NCBI GenBank assembly: GCA_934254715.1
Contig: CAKQLT010000001.1
Span: forward strand, 4,095-68,094
Direction of reading: 5' to 3'
From: an uncultured Clostridia bacterium
GTDB lineage: Bacteria > Bacillota > Clostridia > Christensenellales > CAG-917
Length of the DNA: 64,000 nt
Below are positions 43,790 through 52,022 of the stretch, piece by piece. The notes under the pieces are model-generated. The model ran no database searches and had not been told where the DNA came from. It saw nothing but the letters and a program-made list of their open reading frames with translations. The position numbers were made by a program, and so were the translations under genes. The stretch's first letter is position 1; the number at the start of each line of letters is the position of its first letter.

Positions 43790-45118
43790 ATGACAGGCTT
43801 TGAAGAAAAACACAGCGTAATAAACAAAGAGGATATGCAAAGCGCGATGGATTTCGTCGAGGAATTTTCGCACGAACTCTCAAAATATCCGCACCGTATC
43901 ACGGCAAGCAAGGACGAAACCGCTTGCGCAAGGGCAATCCGCAACAGACTTCACGACGAAACCGACGCAAAAACTCGCCTCGAAGCGTTCAACACGCCGC
44001 CGTTGCTCGGCAGAGGTTCGTTTTTGCTTTTGGGCATATGGTACGCGCTCTGCTACGTCGTGTATTTCGTTTCGTTCGCGGGCGGACGAGTCGCGGGCGC
44101 GCTCGTGACGTTATTGTCCCTCGTTATGTTCCTTTCGGGCGGAAGCGTGCTTATGCTTATGTATTTCGGAAACCGCAAAGTCGGCAAAATTCTGCCTAAA
44201 AAAGTGTCGTACAACGTCGTCAGCGAAAGTTGCAAGGACGAAAAGAACGTCAAAAACACTCTCGTCATTTGCGACAACCACGACGCAACGCTCGGAAGCC
44301 CCATAAAAGATTTCAATCTCGTAAGAAAACTCTCTATGATAATCGCGCCTTTGTCCGTGTTCATTTTCGTGCTTTTCTGCATTTTGAAAATGGCAATCGG
44401 CACGCAAGGCGACAACGTCGCGGCAAAGATAAGCGCGTTCACCATTCTGCCGTTCGTGTCGGGCATTTTCGGCATAGCGGCGTTCGTGTTGCACTTCTCG
44501 CCTATGGAACGCTTCGCGCGCGAAAATAACGGCGTGGCGACGGCTGTCGCTATGGCAACGTACGCCTATTTTGCCGAGCAACCCGAACTTCTTGCCGACA
44601 ACACCAAGATAGTGTACGTTTCTTTCGGCGCTGAAAATTCGGGTCACGGCGGCTCAAACGCGTTTTTAGAGGCTCACCCCGAATTTGCTTCGGCAAAGGT
44701 TTTGGCAATAGGCGACGTTTTGAGCGACAATTTCCAAGTCGCAGAGCGCGACGCTTTGCGCAATATCGACTTTTCAATCGACATCGTGTCCGCAGTGCAC
44801 GCAAGTGCGATAGAGCAGGGCATAACCGTTTCCACGATGCCCCACGACAGCCTTTTGCATAAATTCAATTCGCTTCACGGCTTCATTTCGGACGCGTTTG
44901 CCAAAAACGGCAATCCGACCGCAACGATTTTGGCAAAAGATTATTCAAAACGCGACAAATCCCTTTCCAAATCCGATTTGGAAAACTTGTTTTCTTTGTG
45001 CGTCGGGGCGGCTATGAAGATTATGGCAAAAGAGGACGTCACGCCCAAAACCGTTGAAAGCGTAATCGCCACCGCGCCGTCTTCCGAAATGAAAATCGTT
45101 GACGTCGAAAGCAAGTGA
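43790..45118 (+). CDS. M28-like membrane protein (paralogous architecture to 22455-23675)
   Basis: Same layout as the other M28-like gene: an N-terminal soluble segment, a TM bundle, VICDNHDATLGS (compare ISGHADAAYEW), FGAENSGHGGSNAFLEAH (compare GGEEAGLRGAKAW), and a C-terminal soluble half. Confidence 0.65.
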   Translation: MTGFEEKHSVINKEDMQSAMDFVEEFSHELSKYPHRITASKDETACARAIRNRLHDETDAKTRLEAFNTPPLLGRGSFLLLGIWYALCYVVYFVSFAGGRVAGALVTLLSLVMFLSGGSVLMLMYFGNRKVGKILPKKVSYNVVSESCKDEKNVKNTLVICDNHDATLGSPIKDFNLVRKLSMIIAPLSVFIFVLFCILKMAIGTQGDNVAAKISAFTILPFVSGIFGIAAFVLHFSPMERFARENNGVATAVAMATYAYFAEQPELLADNTKIVYVSFGAENSGHGGSNAFLEAHPEFASAKVLAIGDVLSDNFQVAERDALRNIDFSIDIVSAVHASAIEQGITVSTMPHDSLLHKFNSLHGFISDAFAKNGNPTATILAKDYSKRDKSLSKSDLENLFSLCVGAAMKIMAKEDVTPKTVESVIATAPSSEMKIVDVESK

Positions 45119-45250
45119 AACGCAAACGGCGAAACGCTAAAAGCAAATAAAAAACTGCAAAAAATCTACGATTGCAAGCAAACGAACCGCAGTCTAAAAT
45201 AACGTAAAAAAACGCCGACTCGGCGATATAGAGAATAAACCGCATTTTCA

Positions 45251-46633
45251 ATGCAAACGGACAGAAAAATGCAAAAAAACGACGATAAAAACATTGAAAA
45301 AAGCCCCGTTTTTGACGATAATTCGTGTGAAAACGCACAAGATTCTTCTTTGACTTGCGAGGTTTCCGCAACCGAGAAAACCGCCGATACGGAACTTTTG
45401 CAAGCGACAATCGCAGACGAGCAAGACGTTTGTGGCGAACGAGAAAATCGTTGCGAGCAAGACGTTTGCGACGAGAAGAAAGAGGGAATCTTGTCAGAGT
45501 ATTCCGCTCGCGAAAGCAAGGGTAAAAAGGCACTCGAAGTTGTCAAAAAGTACTGCAAACGCTACTTTATCGACGCGTTTTCGGGTATGGCGCAAGGCTT
45601 GTTCTGCACGCTCATCGCTGGCACTATTCTCGCTCAAATCGCGTCTTGGTGCGGCGACAATTCGTTTGCGCACGTCCTCGGTTACATCGCAAGCATTGCA
45701 AAAATGCTTATGGGCGCAGGAATCGGCATAGGTATCGCGCACAAGTTGGGCGCAAAACCGCTCGTGATATTCACAGCCGCCGTAACGGGTTTGGTCGGCG
45801 CGTTTTCGGGCAATCTTGTGAGCGCGCTCTGTCAAAACGCCTCGTTTACAATCGCTTTCGGCGCGGTCGGCAATCCTATCGGCGCGTACGTCGTGTCCCT
45901 TCTCACCGTTGAAATCGCCTCGCTTTACGCAGGAAAAACCAAACTCGATATAATCCTTATTCCGCTCGGAATGATGCTTATGTGTCTTGCGGGCATATTC
46001 GTTGCGTGGCCGTTTATCAAACTTATCGACTTGCTCGCCAAACTCATCGTGTTGGCAATCGAGGCGGGCGCGGCAGTCAAAATCATCGTCGGCGTGTTCG
46101 TTGCGGTGGTTATGGGCATTTTGCTCACTATGCCGACGTCTTCTGCGGCAATATGGGTTGCAATCGCTACAAGTGCGACGGCACTCGAAAACCCCGACGT
46201 ATTCGCAATCGCGGGCGGCGCGGCGGTTGCGGGTTGCTCGGCGCATATGATAGGTTTTGCCGTTGCGAGTTTCAGAGAAAACGGCGTGGGCGGACTCATT
46301 TCGCAAGGCGTAGGCACGAGTATGTTGCAAATTCCCAACATTATGAGAAAACCTGCGATTATGGTTCCCGAAATAGTCGCGAGCGCGGTGTGCGGACTTG
46401 TCGCCGTGCTTATGGGACTTCGTTGCAACGCTTCGGGCGGCGGAATGGGCACGAGCGGACTCGTCGGCGTATTCGGCACGATTGACGCATCGCTGGGCAT
46501 AATCCCCGACTGGCAACTCGGCGTAGGCATTGTGCTTTGTATGTTCGTGCTTCCCGCGACAATTTCGTTCGGCATAAGCGAACTTATGCGCAAGACCGGC
46601 GCAATAAAGTACGGTGACCAGAAGTTAGACTAA
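45251..46633 (+). CDS. PTS EIIC-like (PF13303-type) polytopic membrane protein with ~90-aa acidic N-terminal extension
   Basis: The YFIDAFSGMAQGLFCTLIAGTIL start of the membrane domain and the glycine-rich TM helices look like the orphan EIIC-like family. The real start is uncertain: a TTG at about 45491 preceded by AGAGGG is an alternative. Confidence 0.6.
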   Translation: MQTDRKMQKNDDKNIEKSPVFDDNSCENAQDSSLTCEVSATEKTADTELLQATIADEQDVCGERENRCEQDVCDEKKEGILSEYSARESKGKKALEVVKKYCKRYFIDAFSGMAQGLFCTLIAGTILAQIASWCGDNSFAHVLGYIASIAKMLMGAGIGIGIAHKLGAKPLVIFTAAVTGLVGAFSGNLVSALCQNASFTIAFGAVGNPIGAYVVSLLTVEIASLYAGKTKLDIILIPLGMMLMCLAGIFVAWPFIKLIDLLAKLIVLAIEAGAAVKIIVGVFVAVVMGILLTMPTSSAAIWVAIATSATALENPDVFAIAGGAAVAGCSAHMIGFAVASFRENGVGGLISQGVGTSMLQIPNIMRKPAIMVPEIVASAVCGLVAVLMGLRCNASGGGMGTSGLVGVFGTIDASLGIIPDWQLGVGIVLCMFVLPATISFGISELMRKTGAIKYGDQKLD

Positions 46634-46649
46634 AAACTAAAATAATTTA

Positions 46650-46700
46650 GGGTGTGGGGTGCAACCCCACCCAAAATTATTATTAATAAAATAAAAATTT
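46650..46700 (+). repeat. GGGTGTGGGG...CCCCACCC hairpin plus AT-rich attatta tract
   Basis: gggtgtggggtgcaaccccaccc followed by aaaattattattaataaaataaaaa. This is an inverted counterpart of 26972-27033. Confidence 0.55.
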
Positions 46701-46718
46701 TCTTTACTATTAAAGAAA

Positions 46719-46949
46719 TGATATCGCCTATGGCGGTGATATCACTTCGTGATGATATCGTGTATTTCTGCACGATGATATCCAAACTCTGTTTGGGTTG
46801 CGGAATATTCAATTTATCCGCTTGTCATTGCGAGGCGCAACGAAGTTGCAACGCGGCAATCGAGGCCGTCCGGCCGCATTTCGCTACACTGGATTCCTAC
46901 GGTCACTTCGTTCCCTCTGAATGACATATGGAAGATTTAAATATTCCGC
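46719..46949 (+). repeat. composite structured intergenic repeat, copy B
   Basis: Four units of tgatatc plus a hairpin (gcc-tat-ggc; tcac-ttc-gtga; tcgtg-tatttctg-cacga; ccaaac-tct-gtttgg). These are followed by gttgcggaatattcaattta, then tgtcattgcgagg...ccctctgaatgaca, closed by tttaaatattccgc (the reverse complement of gcggaatattYRaat). Confidence 0.6.
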
Positions 46950-46951
46950 TT

Positions 46952-46976
46952 GCGTGCGCAGCACGCTTTCTGTTTT
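46952..46976 (+). terminator. plus-strand intrinsic terminator 3' of repeat copy B
   Basis: gcgtgc-gca-gcacgc followed by tttctgtttt. This would place copy B inside the 3' UTR of the EIIC-like gene. Confidence 0.55.
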
Positions 46977-47025
46977 CGAAGTTGCATATTCCGTGTACGA
47001 GTAGTCTTCGAATAAGTTTTGGATT

Positions 47026-47078
47026 AAGGCTTCGCCTTCCAAAATTATTAATTATTAATTATTCATTATTAATTAAAA
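47026..47078 (+). repeat. small GC hairpin plus ATTATTA/ATTAATT AT-repeat tract
   Basis: aaggc-ttc-gcctt followed by ccaaaattattaattattaattattcattattaatt. Confidence 0.5.
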
Positions 47079-47100
47079 AGCGCACCCTTGTAGGTGCGCT
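47075..47100 (-). terminator. terminator of the histidine kinase gene
   Basis: On the minus strand the sequence reads gcgcacc-tacaag-ggtgcgc followed by ttttt. Confidence 0.7.
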
Positions 47101-47105
47101 TTCAT

Positions 47106-48365
47106 TTATAGTTCAAACAATTTCTTTTTCTTTTTTGGTTCGATTGGCGTGCCGTCTTTTTTGACTTTGAGAGAGGGAAGATACACGTCGAACACCGTGC
47201 CTTTGCCCTCGATTCCGTGGCAATCTATTTCGCCGCAATGCGCTTTTACCGTTGCCGACGCTATGGACAAGCCGAGCCCGAAACTCTGATTATCCTTGTT
47301 TTGTCTTGCGCCGTCCGTGCGGTAGAATCTGTCAAAAACGTGCTTCGCGTCCTCTTTCGAGATACACTCGCCCGTGTTCATAACCGACAAATGTATGCGC
47401 TTCGAGTCAACGAACAACCTAACGCCCACTTTGCCGTTGTCGCCCGAATATTTGATTGCGTTGTCCAAGAGTATGACGACGAGGCGGTCGAGCGATTTGC
47501 TTTCGCCGTAAACGTGCAAGTCGGGTTGTACGTCGGTGAGCAGTTTTACGTCCTTTTCAAAGCAAGTCGCTTCAAATTCGAGGCACGCACCCTCGACGAT
47601 TTCGCTGAAATTTACGTCTTGTTTTTGAAGTTCGCTCTGTTCGAGTTTGCTAAGTTCCAGCATACTGTTCACAAGGTCGCGCATACGCACCAGTTGCGTA
47701 GATATGGAAGTTATCCACTTTTCGTTGTCCTTGACGGTGGAATCGGGTTCGCTCTTGATTACGCTGAGGTTGGTTGCGATAATCGTAAGCGGCGTTTTGA
47801 GTTCGTGCGAAGCGTTGGCGATGAGGTCGCGCTGTTTCGTCATTGCGGAAGCGACGGGGAACAGCAATCTTGCCGACGACAAAAGCGCGAGCAACGCCAC
47901 GAACACGACCGAGCAGCAGTAGAGCAACGTCACCATAATCGCGGTGTTTGCAAGTTGCTTGTGATAACTCGTGCGGTCGATGAGCGCATAGAGCGTGCCG
48001 TTTGTGTACTGTCTGTTTGCCACGACGAAGTGACAATCGTCGTACTCGAATTTTCCCTCGGCGGTGGAAATGGCTTTGAGGATAATTTCCGCCGCGTCGT
48101 CGCCGTATACGTCGACCTTGCCGTCGATGTACGGTTTTCTGCCGTCGTTATATTTGTAGATAAAGATACAGCGCAAGTCGTTTGCGACGTTGTCGTTGTA
48201 GTGTTCGGGGTCTTCCAAAGCCTTGTCGAGAGCCTTGTTTATGAACACGTCGTTCGAGCCGTACACAACGCCGAACAGACCGCCCAAAACCACAAGCAAA
48301 AATATTGCGGCTATGAGGGTGGTGGTGACGGTGTAGTTGATACGTTGTTTTCTGATTATGTCCAT
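47106..48365 (-). CDS. two-component sensor histidine kinase
   Basis: Two TM helices flank a periplasmic loop. H-box ASHELKTPLTII, plus N and G boxes (LLDNAIKYS, GLGLSIA). Confidence 0.9.
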   Translation of the reverse strand: MDIIRKQRINYTVTTTLIAAIFLLVVLGGLFGVVYGSNDVFINKALDKALEDPEHYNDNVANDLRCIFIYKYNDGRKPYIDGKVDVYGDDAAEIILKAISTAEGKFEYDDCHFVVANRQYTNGTLYALIDRTSYHKQLANTAIMVTLLYCCSVVFVALLALLSSARLLFPVASAMTKQRDLIANASHELKTPLTIIATNLSVIKSEPDSTVKDNEKWITSISTQLVRMRDLVNSMLELSKLEQSELQKQDVNFSEIVEGACLEFEATCFEKDVKLLTDVQPDLHVYGESKSLDRLVVILLDNAIKYSGDNGKVGVRLFVDSKRIHLSVMNTGECISKEDAKHVFDRFYRTDGARQNKDNQSFGLGLSIASATVKAHCGEIDCHGIEGKGTVFDVYLPSLKVKKDGTPIEPKKKKKLFEL

Positions 48366-48455
48366 ATTGACCGATTCGACGTTTTATCTATGCGTAATTG
48401 GGCGATAAAACATTTATTTGTGCAATAAAACAAAAGGCGCAGCGCGCCGTTTCGT

Positions 48456-49136
48456 TTACATTTTCGATTGAGAGAGTTTGTAGCCCACGCCGCGAACGGA
48501 CTCTATGGTGAAGTTCGCGCCGAGATGTGAAAGTTTCTTGCGAAGGAAGGACATATACACTTCGAGGTTGTTCGACTCGAACTCGCTGTTGAGACCCCAC
48601 GCTTTGAGAATGAGGTTTTCCTTCGTCGCGACAAAGTTGGGATACTCGAAAAGGTATCTCAAAAGTTCAAATTCCTTGCCCGTGAGATTGATGCTTCCGT
48701 TTTGCGTGGAAAGGGTGAAAGTGGTGAGGTCGAGCGACGCGTTTTGATATTCGAGTTTGTTGTCCGAAAGCAGTTTGCCGCGTCTTCTCAACACCGCGCG
48801 AATACGAGCGGAAAGTTCGTTGAAAGAGAAGGGCTTGGAAACGTAGTCGTCCGCGCCTTTATCGAGTCCGGATATTTTGTCGTTTTCGTCCGTGAGAGCG
48901 GTGAGCATAATCACCGGCGTTTCGAGTTTGCGTTGTCTTAAAGTGGCAAGCACTTCAAAGCCGTTCATTTTGGGCATCATAACGTCGAGAAGAATCATAT
49001 CGTACATACCGGTGGACGCAAAATTCAATCCGTCCGCGCCGTCGTACACGCAGTCCACGTCGTAGCCGTCTTTCATCAACATCTGAGCGAGCGCTCTCGA
49101 CAATTCTTTTTCGTCTTCAACAAGCAGTATTCTCAT
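48456..49136 (-). CDS. OmpR-family response regulator
   Basis: MRILLVEDE...ILLDVMMPKMNGF receiver domain and a C-terminal winged-helix domain (VRGVGYKL). The ATG at 49136 follows GGAGG. Confidence 0.9.
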   Translation of the reverse strand: MRILLVEDEKELSRALAQMLMKDGYDVDCVYDGADGLNFASTGMYDMILLDVMMPKMNGFEVLATLRQRKLETPVIMLTALTDENDKISGLDKGADDYVSKPFSFNELSARIRAVLRRRGKLLSDNKLEYQNASLDLTTFTLSTQNGSINLTGKEFELLRYLFEYPNFVATKENLILKAWGLNSEFESNNLEVYMSFLRKKLSHLGANFTIESVRGVGYKLSQSKM

Positions 49137-49293
49137 ACGCACCTCCGTCAAATAAAAGAATTTTTCCTATTTTCAAAACTATATTACAAATTGTATCTTA
49201 AATTAACGTTAAATTCAACCGCAATTTTAAGCGAAATTTGCACAAAAATTCGGTCTTCCTTTTTATTTTTATATATGTTATACTGTTTTTGCT

Positions 49294-49941
49294 ATGGAAC
49301 ACGACGACAAGATGAAAGTTGACATTTACGATTTCGACAAAACGGCTATCCCGTACGACAGCGCGTTGCACTATTGGTTTTGGTCAATGGCGCACTGCCC
49401 GTGGACGCTTATTCTGTTGCCGTTCCAACTGTTTTGGGGATTCTTGATGGTCACCAAGATTTTGCCCGTGCCTATCTTCAAAAAGATAGCGTTCAATTTC
49501 GTGAGCCTTATCAACACCGAAAAAACCGTCAAAAAGTACTGGGATAAGCACCAAAAGGACATTTACGACTTTTTCAAACCCGAAAATCGCGACCCCAGCA
49601 GAAAGGTCGTGCTTATAAGCGCAAGCCCCGACTTTCTCATCGAAGAAATTGCAAAGAGAATGAAAATCGACTATTGCATAGCAAGTCCGCACAGCAAAAA
49701 GAACGGACATTTGCTCGGCAAGGTGTGCAGAAAGGAAGAAAAGGTGCGCAGACTCAACGAGATTTTGCCCGACGTCGAAGTCGAGAATGTGTACAGCGAC
49801 AGTATCGACCACGATAGATACATATTTGCACTCGGCAAACATTGCTATCTCGCAACGAAGGGCAACCTCAAAGAAATAGACTTTGCCACCGCCGTCAAGG
49901 AATACGACGAGCAAAAATCCAAAAAGAAAAAGCGCAAATAA
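49294..49941 (+). CDS. HAD-IB-like hydrolase with hydrophobic insert
   Basis: The DxDxT-type motif YDFDKTAIP near the N-terminus, and later ISASPDF and SDSIDHDRY. The start may be 49294 or 49312. Confidence 0.6.
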   Translation: MEHDDKMKVDIYDFDKTAIPYDSALHYWFWSMAHCPWTLILLPFQLFWGFLMVTKILPVPIFKKIAFNFVSLINTEKTVKKYWDKHQKDIYDFFKPENRDPSRKVVLISASPDFLIEEIAKRMKIDYCIASPHSKKNGHLLGKVCRKEEKVRRLNEILPDVEVENVYSDSIDHDRYIFALGKHCYLATKGNLKEIDFATAVKEYDEQKSKKKKRK

Positions 49942-50040
49942 ATCAAAAGTTAGCGGTTTAACAAGATTTTGATTCAAACCGAATCGAAGGGAGAATGGCG
50001 GAGATTTGGTGGAGATAAAACTTCATTTGGGAGGTCTTTT

Positions 50041-51303
50041 ATGGACAAGACGATCAAATGCCCCAATTGTGGGGAAGTGTTTGACAATGTAGACAATGAA
50101 TTTTTGAAGTGTTCTCATTGCGGCAAAATGTACAAAAACCCTTTTTATAAGAATGACGACACAGTCAAACAAGAACCTCAACCCGAACAAAAGCAGTCCG
50201 TGCAAGAAACGCAACCAACCAAAAGCGAGTGCGAAGCGCACGTCGACGGTGTCGGTGCAGATTTCGCAAATCGGCAACATACTACCACAGCCGAAGAAAT
50301 GAGTGAAAATCATACTGCGAAAACGCAAAACATCAATTCCGAAATTGATTCGAAGCAAACGGAAACGAAGGTTGAAAAGTCTGAATCGAGCAAGAAAGAA
50401 AACGCTTTTCAAAACAGAGGAAGCGACGCATTTATGCTCGTTATTACCAACACGATAAAAGAGTTTTTTGAATTCAAACAATTCAAGAGAATTCCCATAG
50501 GTCTTGCGATAGCCGCAGGCATTTTGCTTTCGCCGTTTTTGCTTGCTGTTATTTTTATGATTCCTGCGTTTTACATTTTGCAGTTCTGCTTCAAAATCGT
50601 TGCCGCACCTGCGGATTACCTTCTTCAAAACCTTCGCGATGAAAGCGATAATGCGATTGTGAAAGCCGTTGTATATTTCGTCGGTTATCCGTTTGTGTTT
50701 TTGATGAAAATCGCACTTTCCGCATTCAGTGTTGAATTCTTCGTTATGTACTTTTTCTTTATGCTGTTTGCTTGGATTTATGGCTGCGGCGGAATAAAAT
50801 TTCAACCTTTTATATTCGAGGCGTCAACCGATTGTAGTGCGCATCTCGAAGGTAAAGCGTCCACGAAGACCATCGCAATCATTCTCACCGTATGTATTAT
50901 CATCGGCGTGCTTATTTTTGGTTTGGCACTTGGCTTAGGCCTTGCAAATGCGGATTTCGACCACGGCAGTAGTGGTAACGGCGGATATAACAATGGCGGC
51001 AATAATAACATTTATAAAGATTCTTTCAATGAGAGTTTTTATATGTCGTCGCACGATAGTGGTCAAAGAATATGGACTTTCACGCCATCGACAAGCGGTT
51101 ATTACGAAATCAAAATTTTCGATAACGATAATAGAGCAAGCATTTATGTCTTTGTGGATGGTTCTACCAAATTGAGCACGACTTATTATAGCGATTCAAC
51201 CTCTATGTATTTGTATTCTGGAACGTCGTACACAATCAAGATTTATTATAGCAACGACAATTCAAGTAGCGATAGTGTGAATATCAGCATTTCACAAAAA
51301 TAA
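50041..51303 (+). CDS. zinc-ribbon / multi-TM / PPC-like C-terminal domain protein
   Basis: The ATG at 50041 follows GGAGG. Zinc ribbon: CPNCG...CSHCG. It continues with a polar linker, about 5 TM helices and a G/N-rich linker. The C-terminal WTFTPSTSGYYEIKIFDNDN...YSGTSYTIKIYYSNDNSS fits the PPC beta-sandwich pattern. Confidence 0.75.
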   Translation: MDKTIKCPNCGEVFDNVDNEFLKCSHCGKMYKNPFYKNDDTVKQEPQPEQKQSVQETQPTKSECEAHVDGVGADFANRQHTTTAEEMSENHTAKTQNINSEIDSKQTETKVEKSESSKKENAFQNRGSDAFMLVITNTIKEFFEFKQFKRIPIGLAIAAGILLSPFLLAVIFMIPAFYILQFCFKIVAAPADYLLQNLRDESDNAIVKAVVYFVGYPFVFLMKIALSAFSVEFFVMYFFFMLFAWIYGCGGIKFQPFIFEASTDCSAHLEGKASTKTIAIILTVCIIIGVLIFGLALGLGLANADFDHGSSGNGGYNNGGNNNIYKDSFNESFYMSSHDSGQRIWTFTPSTSGYYEIKIFDNDNRASIYVFVDGSTKLSTTYYSDSTSMYLYSGTSYTIKIYYSNDNSSSDSVNISISQK

Positions 51304-51330
51304 TTATAACACAAGCAAAAAAATCATAAC

Positions 51331-51359
51331 AAAAAGCGTGCCGCGTAGGCACGCTTTTT
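51331..51359. terminator. bidirectional intrinsic terminator
   Basis: aaaaagcgtgcc-gcgta-ggcacgcttttt between convergent genes. Confidence 0.75.
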
Positions 51360-51377
51360 AGTTTGCGTTGAAACAAA

Positions 51378-51722
51378 TTATTCAACCGTTCCGTCTTTTG
51401 CGTCGCTGTCTTTCTTGTCGCAAGAATCGGAAGACGAGCAGCAAGAGCAGTTGGAATCGCAGTTTGCGCTGTCGGTGAGGTCGTCAATCCAGTAAATCTT
51501 GTCTTTGACAACGAGGGATACGATGTCGATGACAAAGAGTACCCAACCGCCGAAAATCATAAGTACGATTGCAAGCACGATGCCGAGTACGCTGTCTTTT
51601 TGCGCGCTCTTTGCAAGACGATAGAGGTTTGCGGGAACGTCCCACAAGATGCAGAGCAAAATCTTCACGACTTTGTCAAGACCTTGATACCAGTCGATAT
51701 ACTTTTTTGCAAATTCTTTCAT
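51378..51722 (-). CDS. small membrane protein with Cys/Ser/Asp-rich C-terminal tail
   Basis: GGAGGA ribosome-binding site, two TM helices, and the tail DSANCDSNCSCCSSSDSCDKKDSD. Confidence 0.65.
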   Translation of the reverse strand: MKEFAKKYIDWYQGLDKVVKILLCILWDVPANLYRLAKSAQKDSVLGIVLAIVLMIFGGWVLFVIDIVSLVVKDKIYWIDDLTDSANCDSNCSCCSSSDSCDKKDSDAKDGTVE

Positions 51723-51962
51723 TTTGGATTCCTCCGTGTTTTTTTACGTCGAATGTTGTAACACTTATTTTACGCAATGTCAAGTATATGCAACTTAAAG
51801 TTGTTTTTGTGTATATTTATAAAAACGAAATTTTAAGCGGATATTTCGGAAGGTCAACGGATATTTGAGGACGGATATTTGAGGGCGGCGAAAAGTTGTT
51901 GCGTGCGTTTACAAAAACGCAACTTTCGACGGACGGTTTAACGGCGGCGGCAAAAGTTGTTG

Positions 51963-51991
51963 TTGTGAAAAACGTCGCGCGGTGATATAAT
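51963..51991 (+). promoter_or_regulatory. candidate fhs promoter
   Basis: TTGTGA, a 17-nt spacer with an extended TG, then TATAAT, 32 nt upstream of the ATG. Confidence 0.5.
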
Positions 51992-52022
51992 TTTCGTATC
52001 TACAAAACACGGCGGTGGTAAT

